A model generated the notes under the pieces. It had not been told where the DNA came from, made no database searches, and saw only the letters and a list, made by a program, of their open reading frames with translations. A stretch of 64,000 nt of DNA from Callorhinchus milii (Eukaryota), in assembly GCF_018977255.1 (NCBI RefSeq), contig NW_024704742.1, positions 51,896,001 to 51,960,000 on the forward strand, read 5' to 3'. Position 1 is the stretch's first letter. Each line of letters begins with the position of its first letter. Of this stretch, positions 39,042-53,079 are shown one piece after another. The translations under genes and the position numbers were made by a program.

Positions 39042-42035
39042 GTAAATAGACAGACATTCCTTTCTCGATATAATTTTGTGCTGATTTCAGTAAAACCATT
39101 ATAATCTACTTCAAGTATGTTTACTTTTGTTTATGGAATCCCCCCTTACCCACATTCTTTTTATATCCCAGTTTCTGCTGTTCATCAACCAGAAAACCAA
39201 AAGAATCTGAATTTGTCCCAAACTGTGGTGCTGTTTGTGATCCGCTTGTCGGGTTGAGAACATCTCGTGGGTGGCACTGCTTCAAGTTTAGTCTTCGATT
39301 TCATTCATGTCAAAGTTACGAGTTGAAATGTCTCAATTGCTAAAAGGCTACATTCAACGGAGTACAGACTATTTAAATAAATCTACCTTATGAATAAGCA
39401 AATCTTAAATTCTTATACTTTACCATTGTAGGTGATGATCAGTACGTCTCAGTAGTAGAAAAGAGCACTAGGTGCCTCCTGTAGACCAAAACGTGCCGAA
39501 TGAGAGCAGTTAAGCCGTGGCTGTTTCTGAGGCAGAATTTATTGAAATGTCTGTTTTGTTCAATGTAATCCTTTTGGCAATGGAACATTGGTGGTTTTCA
39601 AACATTCCAAAGTCAAAGCTAAACTGAAATTCTGGTTTACATCAGGAAGCAATTCCTGACATTCAAAACTGTGCTTTCAGACCAGCAAAGAGAAGAGATT
39701 TTTAAAGATGTACAGTACTTGGTTTGCTAAAGTTTCTCTGGCAAACAGTTAATGTACAAGAGTTGCTGGATATGAGTTGCTGAAAGATGCTGCAATATTT
39801 AAGGATAATTAATGTGGTCTTTTTAAACTGATGCAATATTTTTCATAAGTGTTAAATTAAATAAAGTCTTAAATTGTGACTATTTTGTCAGCAAACATGG
39901 CAGCCATTTTGAACACAGCAAAGTTCCACCTAATGTGAACAATTAATAATCTGGGGAATTATTAACCAAGACTGGGAGAAACTCCTTCCTTTTTTTGAAT
40001 ATATTTGTATTTTCATTGATTTATATTTGAACAGATGGACAAGTCCAGAGGCAAAGACTAGAGCTTAGACTAGAGGCAAAGTGAATTTCTCTGTATGATA
40101 GAACAATATGCTTTAACCTTAAATTCAGAGGAAAGGCCTCTCCTTTTGCATGCCAACTTCCCAAGTGGCTTCTCTTGTGTGAGATTACCAATTTGTGCAA
40201 ACCTGTGGGCAGTGTTATGTTGTGGGCCTGCCATCACCAGCAACTAAATTTAGATCCACAGCTTCATTTAAGGTATAGGATCTTGAAACCAACAGAGAAA
40301 GGACCTTTCATCCTATTCATTTGGAATAAATCTAAGCCTACGTCATAGAAGGCAAAGAATGTCATGCTAAAGTATTCTGTCGCCAGTTCTTTTGTGCATT
40401 CATTATTTAATGTGTCCTGGGCAACAATCCCCCAAATAAAATTGGTTATTCACTTCATTGCTGTTTGTGGGGATGTTGCTCCATGTAAGTTGGCTGCTGT
40501 GGTCACCCACAAAACCCACATTCACACCACTTTACAGTAAGTATATCCTGCAAAGCATCCTCCTGACGTGAAAAGCACAATATCAAATGTAAAGATTGTT
40601 ATTATTATTGGGTATGTAAATTTGGGCATGTGCTCAGAAGGTATCATATTAAGTTATGAGACAAGAGAAATAACAATTTGCATTTATATAGCGACCCTTT
40701 AGCCAAAGTAGTGTCCCAGAGTGCTTTATGTAGTCCCAGAAGCTAGTATATCTGTGGGAAAAATAAAGATGCATCAATGTAGCTCTGGATAAGTCACCAT
40801 TCGACAGTTTGGTCCAATAAAAAGCAAGTTTCCATTGTGACATTGAATCTCTTTAATAACTTTCTTGAGCAATTTCATTCATAGAACTGAGATGTACAAA
40901 TATTGTTAATATTTAATAAATAATACTCAGATGATGATGAGGTACTTTTGATTCTGCATTAAACTAAGGTCCCATCTGCCTGTTCAGGTTGGTGTTAACA
41001 ATCGCATTGCACTTTTGAAACAGAGCATTTCTCCTAGTGTCTGGTCCAACAATTCTCCAGATTAAATTGGTCATTCACTTCATTTGTTTGTGGGTATTGT
41101 GCATATTCGATGCTGCATTTGTCTCAAACACAGGCACTACACGTTACAGTAAAACACTTTGAGAGTTTTGATAATATCAAATGCAAAGATTATTATTAAA
41201 TATTAAAAAATGCATTAAATGACTGTATACAGGTGCCTAGTTTTAGAACCTTCGTGGTTTATTGGAACCAAAATGAAAGCCTTGTTTCTAACTGTTGGCT
41301 TGCTTGCAAGAGTTCATTCATATGCCACCCACATATGTTGGCTACTGCTGTAGTGTAAAATCTGGTAAATGTGAAGCTGATTTAAAAAGATATTTATAGA
41401 ACAATGGATTAATAGCCCACCTGTTTATAACTTGAGTCTCTTGGATGAGTTTACCTATATTAATGTAGTACCGGAAGGATATATGGAAGTATTCAATCGA
41501 GGATCGGCTTATTGCCAACCTGATGGGTAGTGAGCAAGGTAGCCTGCCAATTCGTAAGTGCGTAGGTTTCCAAATCCAACCTGCACCTTAAATACTAAAT
41601 TGAAGCCAGCCACATCAAACACCACAGTAAAGCTGTGTTGCAGTTCTGAGGAAACTTTGAAGCACATTTAGCACATTTAAAGGCTATGGATTAGAGCAGT
41701 TTATGACTCTGTGGTCCCTAAAATATAGATTTTTGCTTAGCATTTGAGTACTGTTTTCAAAATTGCTGGGAGATTTAATATGGGAGCATTCCCAGATTTT
41801 TCCCCCTGCTTTCAAGAATATTTTTTTTTAAAAAACACTTCTAAAGAAATCACAGTGTAGATGAAAAGTTTAGTTGACAATTTGCGAAATCAGTGGGGTC
41901 AAGTCTGTTCAAAATGGTTTCTTGTTTTTACAATTATTTCAGCCCCATCGAGCAAACGTCAAATTCCCTACTCAGTATAACTATTTCAGACCAGATTTAC
42001 TGAACATTTTACAATCTTCCCTCATTTTTCATGAC

Positions 42036-42363
42036 ATAATAATAATAATAATCCTTGCATTTGATATAGCGCTTTTCACGTCGGGAGGACGTCCCAAAGC
42101 GCTTCACAGAACACACTGTAAAGTGAATTGACTGTATATTTGTGGGCGAACGCGGCAGCCAATTGCGCACAGCAATGTCCCACAAACAGTCTTAGATTGA
42201 AAATGACCAATTTATTATTGTTTTTGGTTTTGGAGGGATTATTATTAGGCTCTGTGTGGAGTAAGGAAACTTGCCCAAGGTTTCGCCCTGTGCCTGGAAT
42301 TGAACTCAGGTCTCTCACTTGCAAAGCGAGTGCTCTAACCACTGAGCTACAGGACTCCACGTG
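42036..42363 (-). mobile_element. Full-length SINE, same young subfamily as 53080-53401
   Basis: The reverse complement aligns end-to-end to the 53080 copy with only about a dozen differences by eye. Confidence 0.9.
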
Positions 42364-43415
42364 ATTTGCTATGGATAGTGACACTACAAAATTTAAACAG
42401 AAATGAAATCTTACCTGCATAAAGTAAGTTGATTAAACTAGATTAATTATGGTATAAAAGTTTAGATTTTCAGGTACTGCTAGATTTGAGATGCTTGTGT
42501 AGATTCAACATACAAACTCATCGGATTGATTACGGATAATCAGAAAAATTGTCAAACAGTTTAGAATTTGTTAGAATGTAAAATACTTTTCTACAAATGG
42601 TTACTGAAGTCAAGAGCACAGCAGCATTTGAAAGAGAATTGGATACAAAGAATTGGGTTATAGAAGGTAGCTCCCGGGGTTTGAATGGCCTTTGCTAGAA
42701 CTTTTTTATGATAGTTCTGAGATTTGGATGTGAAGATTCCCTCTCCCCCTGGCTCGGGGTTAGACTCAGCCACTGTCAAGCACTCTGGGACGCTACCCCA
42801 CGTGAAGGCCGCTACATAAATGCAAGTTGTTGTTGGTAGAGTTTGGAATTGGAGAAGTGACTGGATGTGTTTACAGTTTTTGTTTTGGTGTTTATCACCT
42901 TTTTTACATTTTGATGTTTTTATCAAAATGAAAGATGAGAACACTGGAAAAGGACAATGTTTCAATGTTTGGCTTCTGAAAAGCACAGTTCAGCGATACA
43001 GGAGCTGGATGGAGAGTAAATTTCTTTACTCGGTTCCAATCATTTCAAAGGAGTACTTGCTCTCTTTTGCATAAGTATATTTTTTCCACAACACCTGTCT
43101 GAACAACAATCCCAATTTTATATTAATTCCATATTTTTTTCCATCTTTGTGTTTTCCAAATGTGTTTCAAGCAGCAGCGTGGAGACTGAGAGAGAGAGGA
43201 GTGGGGGGGGGGGGGGGACAGGTTTGGGATAGATTTCAACCCAAGTCTCAGTAGTCAAAAAGCAGTATGCTGACCTATTGTGACACCCAGGAGCCTGAGT
43301 TCATATAGTTCTAATGCATATTTCAAATCTGTTAAATACTATGTTTCCTCTCTATTTTTATGATAAGTTACCCATTGCGGAAATAATTACAAATTCTTAT
43401 TTTTGTGGTTTCCAG

Positions 43416-43471
43416 TGGAGCTCCACCCTACAACAATCGTGCCGCTCCTCCGTTTGGATACTCAACCAATG
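43416..43471 (+). CDS. FIP1L1: FIP1L1 coding exon 13
   Basis: ggtttccag| ... ATG|GTAAGT; 56 nt; GAPPYNNRAAPPFGYSTN; phase 2 to 1. Confidence 0.87.
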
Positions 43472-43889
43472 GTAAGTGTGTCCTATGGTTTCATTCCATT
43501 TTAAGAATAACTCAAATTATCAAGACAATTACTTGAAATATTCTCTTTTGCAATGAACATTTCTTACACAGTTTAAGGTGAACAAAGAAAAATAAACTTT
43601 AAAAATAAAGTTGCAAAGATATTAAGCATTCTCTTAATATGCCCATTCCAGTCATTCTATTTGATAAGTGCTTATAAGAACATTGGAAATAGTAGTTTGG
43701 AAGAGTTACTGAATAGTTGAAAGATTCTGAATTATTTTGCACAAAGTATGATGAACTATCCATGAGTTTCACTATATTTTTGTCATTATTAAGCATGTCA
43801 TATTATTAATAGTTTCTCAGAAACCCTTCAAGTCTCCGTGTCTGTTAATCATCAGAACTTAAATTATATTTTTAAAAATGATCAAAATA

Positions 43890-44300
43890 CACTGCAAGAT
43901 TGGTCAGGGACAGGATGTGGGGTAGGAAACACAACCAGCGATCGAACTGGATGTGAGGTCGTGCACAGATTTGGTGAGTCTGAGAGGTAGACCAGGGAGA
44001 TTAAAGAGGTCGGAGCCACAGATGAAAAGACATTGCTGGAGGCCAAGGAGGATTGCTTCTGTCTTACGGTACAATACAAATTTACATTTCTATAGTGCCT
44101 TTCTCGTCAGTAGGACCTCCCAAGGCACTAGACAGTCTTGGCTTGGCATTTGAGTTGAGGGTGGGGGCTGAGCAGTTGGGGAGGGCAAAGGTGACTGGAG
44201 GCACAGTCAAAAAGGAAGATCTTGAGATGGTGCTTGAAAGAGGTAAACGAGTCGGATGGAATCCTCGATGGAGTTCCAGAGAGTAGGGGCAGATGTGCAG
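43890..44300 (-). mobile_element. L2 fragments (tail ~44070-44300 plus older piece)
   Basis: TTTACATTTCTATAGTGCCTTT...GGACCTCCCAAGGCACT tail; FTSFKHHLKIFLFD. Confidence 0.65.
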
Positions 44301-44653
44301 GAAAAAAAATTGTCAATGGTAATAGTTAAAATGTGTTACTATTAATTATTCTTATAATTATTAATAATTGATAGTAAGAATAAAATGCTATACAATTTAT
44401 TTTAATTGACTTAAAGTGTAATACTGTTATACACATTGAATTCTGGGGAAGGAAAGAAAATGCTGTGACTATTTGTACAAGTAGGGAAGAAAAAGACGGA
44501 CATCAAAATCTATTTTTGGGTGGGCGGGAGTAAACTAAACAATAACATTCATCTGTAATCTAATCGAATAGCTATTTCATGTTGCTTTGATACCATATAT
44601 AGTAATGTGACAGAATTTTCAAAATTGTATCTTCCCATTTGTGCTCCTTTCAG

Positions 44654-44671
44654 CTGGCTGCGTGATGTCAG
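44654..44671 (+). CDS. FIP1L1: Candidate 18-nt alternative microexon of FIP1L1 (AGCVMS)
   Basis: cttcccatttgtgctcctttcag|CTGGCTGCGTGATGTCAG|GTAAAT; symmetric phase 1, no stop. Prediction only; not counted among the 16 exons. Confidence 0.4.
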
Positions 44672-46394
44672 GTAAATTCAAACCCAGAGTTAACTATTAT
44701 TTGCTCAACCAGGACTGTGGGAGTATGCATGAAGCAGTGGGAAATCTGATTTGCTTGTTGATGGCCAAGACCAGTTACTCGTCTTTCTCTGCTGCTGCCA
44801 ATCACCAATCCAGACATCTGCCCTTGTTGTCTTTGTTGTGCTATACTGTAAGACACTCGAGAGGAAAATTGATTTGGCAATGGACGTGTAAGCGGGAAGA
44901 CCAGTTGTATATAGTAGGATGTTTTTTTCCAGAGTTAGTTTGATCCATATAAATTGAAGCTGCCGATTAGATCATAAAGGCGCACACTTCAGTGCATGCA
45001 GCATTTACACACCAATATTTTTTCTTTTGTAAATGTTTTATTGCCATTAAGACATTTAATTGAACTAAAATTGTAGGTTTTCTTAGTGTTTGGCATTTTT
45101 TTTTAGTTGTGTTTATTTGGTAAAGCTAACCTATATACGTAGTATTTGATCACACTCCTCCCGAACATTGTATTCTAATCGAGCCCTGCATTTTCATACT
45201 CTGTAGGGAAGGTGAAAAGGATAACTGTATCAGGTCAGACTGCATTAGACATTCACATTGAACAGAAGTGCTATGGCAGGAAGCTGAAAGATAAAATTAA
45301 ATGTATCTAATCTTTGCAATCTCATTGAATATCCTGAAAACTTTTTTTGCCTATTTCCATGCAGTAGGAATTGCAGTTAGACTGAGGGACTCCACCTTGT
45401 GGTTTCTGCATACGCTTAAATGTTAGGACATTGGTTGTGGTGGTTTCTTTATAATATTATAAAGATGTGAAGTTGAAGCTGGGTTTATGCTTTCCACTTG
45501 ACATCACTTTCAAATGAGTCTGAAAACCCTTCAGATAACCAAGTTGATACCAAAGCCAGGTACTTGTTTTATAACGTTATCAAAGAACTGAACATGTGAT
45601 CAGCTCTTTAATAGCATTGACCAAATGTCTGTTTAAAATTCTTTGGTGACTTTCTGAGAGTCTTGAATGGAGAACAGATGAGTGAATCCACTATCATTCA
45701 CATCCGTCTTCAACGTTAGGTGATTTCAGGAGCAGGGCTCTATCTCATCTTATGCTGACTGAGACGCTGTTTCTACTGCACTTTTGGTAAGAGTAGTCAC
45801 TGCCCAAATTGTAAAGATTCATTATGACTGTGTAGTAAAACAGGCAAGCAGCCAAATCATACTAACAAAGAAAAATGGCTACTTCTAATAGCTTGCATTT
45901 ATGTACAAATAAACGAACAGCTCTGCAAACTGTAATTGATTAGAAATTAAGCAAATGTTATATAGGCCAACATGGCCTATAGCAAGGCTACTGTCTGCAC
46001 CGTATCTAACCATGTACCCTGAAGGTGACGGGGGCTAAAAGTTGAAAATCAAATGTGAATACCGACAAGAGCAGCTTGCACTTTTATACAGCACCTTTCA
46101 CATAGCACGAATGTCTTGCAGTGTTTCACAAACCTGACGGGGACCATCTACAACCTGATCAGATGTTTGGATTTCAGCTATTTAGAGGTGATCTGAGATA
46201 ATAAGCTATACTTTTTCACTTCTCGTTTTAATGACCTTTTAGAACTCTGCTTTATATGTGCTCTAAATATATTTTTAATGAAACATCTATTAAATTAACC
46301 AAGGAAATATTACTTCAAGGCCTGAAAAATGTGTTTTGATATTGGAGAAGGATAGTAATGATTGTAATCAATTATATTTCACATCATTTTTCAG

Positions 46395-46635
46395 ATTATG
46401 GTAATTTGACCTATCCCAATATCCCAGTTTCTTCTTCCTGGACAACTCTAATTGATAATAACAATAAGCAGCCTCAGCAGCAGCCACAGCACTGGGATTA
46501 TTATCCCCGGAGAGAGAGGGAAAGGGAACGTGAACGGGATCGCACCAGAGAACGAGATCGTGATCGCGACAGAGAACGAGAACGTGATCATGAGCGAGAG
46601 CGGGACCGGAGCCCCAGTTCAAGTGCTTACAACGG
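46395..46635 (+). CDS. FIP1L1: FIP1L1 coding exon 14 (RE/RD dipeptide domain)
   Basis: tttttcag| ... GG|GTACGT; 241 nt; [21 protein letters not shown]...[48 protein letters not shown]. Confidence 0.94.
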
Positions 46636-47519
46636 GTACGTTACCAAATCTCTTCAAGTACTGTCGTGGGATATCAGGGTTTACAGTTGATTTATCTGTT
46701 TGATTGCCAGATCCTTCCACTTGTCTTGTTTGCTGCCCTTTTAGCTCACATATGTAATGCTCTGGGAGCACAATTCACCAAATGCTAACTTTAGCCACAT
46801 GTTAACAAAATCTATTTTAACTTGGCTGAGCTGATGATTTTTTTTAGGTAATCGGGGAGTTATCATGACTTTTTGGTCACCCTGTGTATATACACACTGA
46901 CTTAAGTCCTTGGGAGGGATATGTTTACACTACACTGATATGTGTGGATTGCATTGGAGGTCAGTCATTACCATAGTTCAGTCATCTTCTGGCAGGAGTC
47001 TGTGAGAAGTACATGGTTGCTATGGTGAAATGTGAAGAGAAAATCCAGTGATTACAAGAGTATTCAAACCATTTAATAAAGATGAGTCAATGGCTTGTGT
47101 TTATAGGATGAATTGAAATATGTATAAATTGTTTCATTGGTATTATCTGTTTAATGAAAGTAATTGGGTTAAAGGAATGTTTTGCTTCCTGCAGGATAAC
47201 CTATTAAGTGGCTTCTCTGCATTCACACTCTCACCATGGATAATTTGTTAATTTCTGAAGCTGTTCTCTCATACTACAGTTATATTGTGGACACTATTTT
47301 AACAATTAAACGGGATTTGCAAGTGGTGCAAATTCACCCACAAAATACACAGTCACACCACTTTACAGTACATCCTGTGAAGTGCTTTGCGATGTCTCAA
47401 GAATTTGATAAGGCGCTCTTATCAAATGCAAGGATTATTATTAATATTCTAAAAGTAGGCTCCACCATGTTATACTGTCTGCTTGCCTGCACAACCGTGT
47501 GGTCAGTAAGTGGAGATCT

Positions 47520-49110
47520 GTGCACTTAAACCCACATGCAGAGAGCCTACCCATCCCTCCCTCCACACCTTCGAACCTGTCTCCCACTCCTCTCTCACCA
47601 CCATTATAACCCGCATGAAACCAACCACCCGCTCCCTCCATCCCATCCTTACCCCTCTCCTTGCCTCCCAGCTCTACCTCCTTGCCCCTCTACTCACAGA
47701 CATTATAAACCTCTCCCTGCCCACTGGTACTGTTACCACCCCATTAAAAACGGCCGTCCTTAAAAAACCCTCCCTGGAACCATCACTGCTCTCAAACTAC
47801 CGGCTCTAACGGCTCTGACCTTGACTGGTTCAGATCGTACCTCTCAGGCATCCTCCACTTCATCTCCACAAACGGTTTCTCCTCCAGCCCTGGCACCGTC
47901 TCGTGCGGCATTACTTGGGGCTCTATCCTGGGTCCCCTCCTCTTCAATATCTATATGCTCCCTCTTGGTGACATCATCCGCAGACATGGGGTCAACTTCC
48001 ACATGTATGTGAATGATACCCAACTGTACCTTTCTGCCTCCACCCTGGACTCCAGAACCACTGCTGTGCTGACAGAAAATCTGTCAGACATCATTCTGTC
48101 AGAATATCTCATCCTGGATGAGAGTTAACTTTCTTCAGTTGAACGTCAACAAGACCGAGGTTCTCCTGATTGGCTCCCGTCAGCGCCTCCTCACCTCAGG
48201 CGCTGACAGCATCACCATCCATGGTTGCACACTCCACCTCACTAAGCCAGTCCGAAACCTTGGGTTCTTGTTTGACCCTCAATTATCCTTTCTAACCCAC
48301 ACCCATGCCATGACCCGCTCTGCCTTCCCCCACCTTAAAAACCCTCCCTGGAACCATCACTGCTCTCAAACTACCGGCTTTAACGGCTCTGACCTTGACT
48401 GGTTCAGATCGTACCTCTCAGGCATCCTCCACTTCATCTCCACAAGCGGTTTCTCCTCCAGCCCTGGCACCGTCTCGTGCGGCATTACTTGGGGCTCCAC
48501 CACTGTCTCACACCACAGGCCACCAAAACTCTCATACAAGTTTTCATTACATCGAGGCTCAACTATGCAAACTCACTGCTTGTCGGCCTCTCCAACTCTT
48601 TCCCTCCACAGGCTGTAGATCATCCAGAACTCTGCAGCAGTGTCACTCCCACACCAAGCTCCGCGACCCTATCACCCCCATCCTCACCCGACTCCATTGG
48701 CTTCCCATCACACAGATGGTACAGTTCAAGATCCTGGTCCTCACCTTCAAAGCACTCCATAGCCCTGCTCCCCCCTACCTCTGCAACCTCCTACATTCCT
48801 ACCACCCTTCCTGCTTCCTCTGCTCAGCGGGCTTCGGCCTGCTTCATGTCCCCCACCTCGCCCAACCCACCATTGGTGGCCAAACCTTCTGCCACTTTGC
48901 TCCCACCCTCTGGAACTCCATCCCGCCGTCGTTCCACCTCACCCCCTCCCTCGCCTCCTTCAAGACCCATCTCAAGACCCTCCTCTTCGACCGTGCCTTC
49001 GATCATCTTGCTTCCCGCCCCCCAGCTCGAGTCCAAAACTCTGACTGTCCAGCGCTTTGGGACGTCCTCCGGACGTGGAAGGCGCTATATAAATATAATT
49101 TTGTAGTTGA
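47520..49110 (+). mobile_element. Internally deleted L2 with an internal 165-bp duplication
   Basis: IINLSLPTGTVTTPLKTAV, MRVNFLQLNVNKTEVLLIG, LHWLPITQMVQFKILVLTFK; tail at ~49050-49110; 47758-47923 repeated at 48333-48497. Confidence 0.92.
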
Positions 49111-49685
49111 TTGCCTTTGGTTATCTTTGTCCAAAAATCTGTGAAGGGGAAAACTATTGCACTGCCTCTAGATTTTTCCATTTAATATGTTTTATTTTTT
49201 TTCTTGTTTATTCAGCAATAGAAGGATTCATATAAGAGTCAGATGTCACCTTTTATTAGCCAGGAAATGGAGGATAATCTCAACCACAAATATACAGTCA
49301 ATTCCCTTTACAGAATACTCTGTGAAGCACTTTGAGACGTCTAGAAGACGTGAAAAGCTCTATATCAAATGCAAGGATTATTATTATTTTATTATAATTG
49401 GATGAGAACTTCTGTGCCAGTTCTCTTTGGTCCTCTTACTGAAGAGAGAATCCCATCAAAATGAGGTATTGCACCAAGCAGCCAGCCGAGAACTCAGCAG
49501 GTGAGGGTGTGTGATGAGCATTCCTGTATCAGACCCTGGATTCATTTGGCTGTCAGGCAAATGCAGTAACTGGCTCCCAGCTCAGTTCTGTGTGTGGTGC
49601 TGGTAGTATAGATGTATGGCGTCACCAGTCTGCAGCATTCTATTTTATCAACTGTTCATAGATTATTAAAACTCACTTTAGTAGT

Positions 49686-50010
49686 ATAATAATAATGATC
49701 TTTGCATTTGATATAGCACCTTATCACACTGTCGAGATGTCTCAAAGCGGATCGCAGAATGTACTGTAAAATTAAATGACTAATTTTTTGTGGACAAAGC
49801 AAAGCCAATCGCGCACAGCTGTGTCCCACAAACAGTCATGGATTGAGTGACCAAATTATCATTTTTTTTAATGGGAATATTACCCCCAGAAAGCGATCCG
49901 CCAATCGACTAACAACCGAGTTCCTACTTACTGCTAGGTAAACAGAGTAAGGCGTGTGGAGTAAGGAAACTTGCCTAAGGTTTCACCCCGCCCAGGAATC
50001 GAACACGGGT
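49686..50010 (-). mobile_element. SINE, longer variant, head truncated after B box
   Basis: Tail, Deu core, CCCCAGAAAGCGATCCGCC insert, ...CCAGGAATCGAAC. Confidence 0.85.
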
Positions 50011-53000
50011 ACTTTAGTGTATAGTTACACTATTCCAATTAAGTGTCGAATTCTGGTTGCAAAGCATTATTATGTGATCTTAGCGAGTCTTGGTTGTAAA
50101 ACCAAGTGACAGAGTGTTGGTGCGTTTTTTATTTTCTCTGTAGGAGTAAAGATTGCTGCCATGTGGGATTGTATTTATGCATGTGTGTGTGTGCGTGTGT
50201 TACAAATTACAGGGTCAAAGCTAGTGAGCTAGAGCAGATAGAACATCTGTTTGTTGGGCAACTTGCAGGGGCCAAGAGGAGGGAGGGCTGGTCACTGATG
50301 CCTGGACAAAATGAATGGTAATGACTTCCAGCACAGGAGAAATCTCTGTGCTGCTGCCAAAATTGTTGGAGTGGGGGAGGGGAGAGGGAGAGAGAACAGG
50401 ACTGACTTTGGATGGGGCTGAATTATTTACCATCTGTGCCAAGCTGCTGCCACATGTCTCAGGAAAAAAAAGTAAGAGCAGTTAATTCATAAAAGCTGGA
50501 TTTGAAATGAAAAGTGCTCCATATGTCAGGTAAAGCAGGAAGATTAATCTACCTTGGTCAGGATACCATCTCCTTGTACTATAGCGACAACCCTAGGAAG
50601 AGGAAAACAGGATACAAAATATTTTAAGAGTAATAAATGAGAATTATGATGGAGGTTTGAAGTGCTGTTGTTTTTTGTCAGGTGTAGGAAATCTTAGAAG
50701 TATAGTCTCTCAACATTGAGTTCATTTTTACCTTCAAACTAATTTTGTCTTGTAAATGAGTGGATTTTCATTACTGCACCACTCAAACTTTTATTGTACA
50801 CAAATATTTGTTCCTTTTGGGATTGCAGTAGAATATGTTCAGAGACATGATTATTAACTTGAGCGTTGAGGAATGCTCAAACAAATGCCCTCAATTAAAA
50901 GCATTAATGAGGAATCCATCTTATTGAAATCCAAATATAGCCAGAAGCAAAACTACCTAAAACCGTAAAGCTCATAGTAAACCTAGGTCTTTTATCTCCA
51001 TTCACTTGGAACTTATACCAAGATGGTAAAAGCGCTCCAAGTCGCTATCCTGCATGAACAGTACAATATAAATGCAAGTTGCTGATCTTGAAATGGTGTA
51101 TTTTGCAGCGAATTCAATTTATGCTATTTTTATGTTGCTTTATTGTTTTTAAGCGTCCATGTTGTATTAAAGAAAGTTAATATTCAAATCAAGTCAGCAT
51201 GAAAGCAAAATTGTCGTTTTTATATTTTGTTTTAATATATAATGAATTTTTAAAAGAATTCATATCAATTTTTTTTAATCATCCTGTCTTCTAATGGCCT
51301 GTTTCTTATGAAGGTAGGATATGAGATTGGCAAGATTCCCAAAGCAATACTTGGCTCGATTGTTAGAATTATTGTATCACTGTCACTGCCCAATGCAGTA
51401 TTCTTCCAAATGAAATTTTAACCCAGGTCTCCCGTTGGCCTATTTGGGTAGACATTGACAATCCCATGACTTATTTTGAAAAGGAACGGTAGTTTATTCT
51501 AGTATTTTGGCCAACAATTCTCCAGATAAATTGAGTCATATACTTCATGGCTGTTTGTAGGACTTTGCATTCAAATTGACTGCTACATTTGCCTACAAAT
51601 GCACAGTCATCGTACTTGACAGCACTCATCTGTGAAGTGTTTTGAGATACTTTGTACTTGATGTGAAATCAAATTTAAAAATGTATTTAGCTGGGTGGAG
51701 GGGAGTCTGCAAGGAACAATGTTAATTTTTAAGCACCTGCCTAGAAAGAAAGAGAAAATTGACAGTACTCATTCTGCATTTTATTTATCCTCCACCTAGC
51801 AGTTGGGTCCAGGAGTTACATTGACATAGACCTGGAAAATGATCACTTTTCACTCAGCTGTGAGATGTTGAATACCATGGGAGGAACCTTAGCAAAGTGA
51901 GAGGGTCTGTGCTGAATTCAAGGAAGTCATCAATCGATTGTGGATTCTGTTTTTTATGATGCTTGAATCGATGATGGTACAATTTGTAATTTGTGTTGTG
52001 TTAAAAGGAACACAGGGCTGCAGGAAGCCCTGCTGCCACCTTAATGAATGTTCAGTGAAATCTTTAAATGGCTGAGATTTGTGGATAATTTCCATATAGT
52101 CTATTTTTATAGAGGGGAAGCAGATGATTGGGAAATTGTCTTGTCAAATTTTGAAATTCAGAAAGTTTAACACTGCAGAGTGTTCAGCTGGTATTAAACC
52201 TTAAATTGCTGAGGCCTACAGATAGATTAGGATAAGAAAAAGATACTGGTCTATGTTCACTCTAAAGCCATTTCCTGATGTCAGTCGAGTGGTTTGTCTC
52301 AGAAAAGTGAATGAGGGGAATTTAAAAAAAACAATTCTTAACAAATATTTAAGTCTTGTTTAAAATAAGTCGCTGCATTAGTTCACGTTAAAAGTACTTT
52401 ATTCTCTGTTGTGGCCCCATTAACAACTGTGTGGCTATGGGGTTTTCACTCTGAGAGTTTAATACAGCTCAGACTGATTGGATAAAAGTCTCAAAATGTA
52501 TTAGTTATTCACCTTATGGCTTATTGTCAAACAGTCACTACACTTTACAGTAGTTTGTTGTGAAATGTTTTGGGACGTGATGTGAAAATTATACGTTCTG
52601 TTAATTGAGGCGAGCAAACTGAATGTTATTTAAGGTGGAAACCAGTGTTTGTGTTTGCACCACTGAAAGGTCTGTTGTTCTCATTGAGCAGCTTGTTAAA
52701 TTGGCCATGTAATTACAGGGACGTGCAGAGCAAGCGTAATGTCTTTTGCAGGTGTAGAGTGGGTGAAGCTGCACAGTTTCCCAGCAGCTGGCAATAGCTC
52801 TGAAGAGGTCTGTGAGCATCAGTTCATTGGCGAACAGTAGTGGGTGGCGTGAGAGGCAGCACGAGTTCTAATTCTTCTAAGAGATGCTGAAGTAAACTTA
52901 CTTTTTAGAGTTTGTGATACTGAGCTCCAGATTGTGTTTGAAAGGCTCTAGAGTTGATTATTGTACTTTGTTGAAGGGTTAATTGATACTCCACATTGTG

Positions 53001-53079
53001 GTACTCTGGTTGAACAGATTCATTCAGAAATAGTTGCAGCAAATACCCCCAGGAAATTTGACTCAAATTTGACCAGTCA

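Noticed and set aside
45961..45981. Perfect 9-bp hairpin TATAGGCCA-aca-TGGCCTATA
   Set aside because: Short, isolated and plausible by chance in 64 kb.
47180..47210. Another acceptor-like site (cttcctgcag) with an early stop in intron 14
   Set aside because: No convincing donor or poly(A) partner; it shows how often such sites occur by chance.
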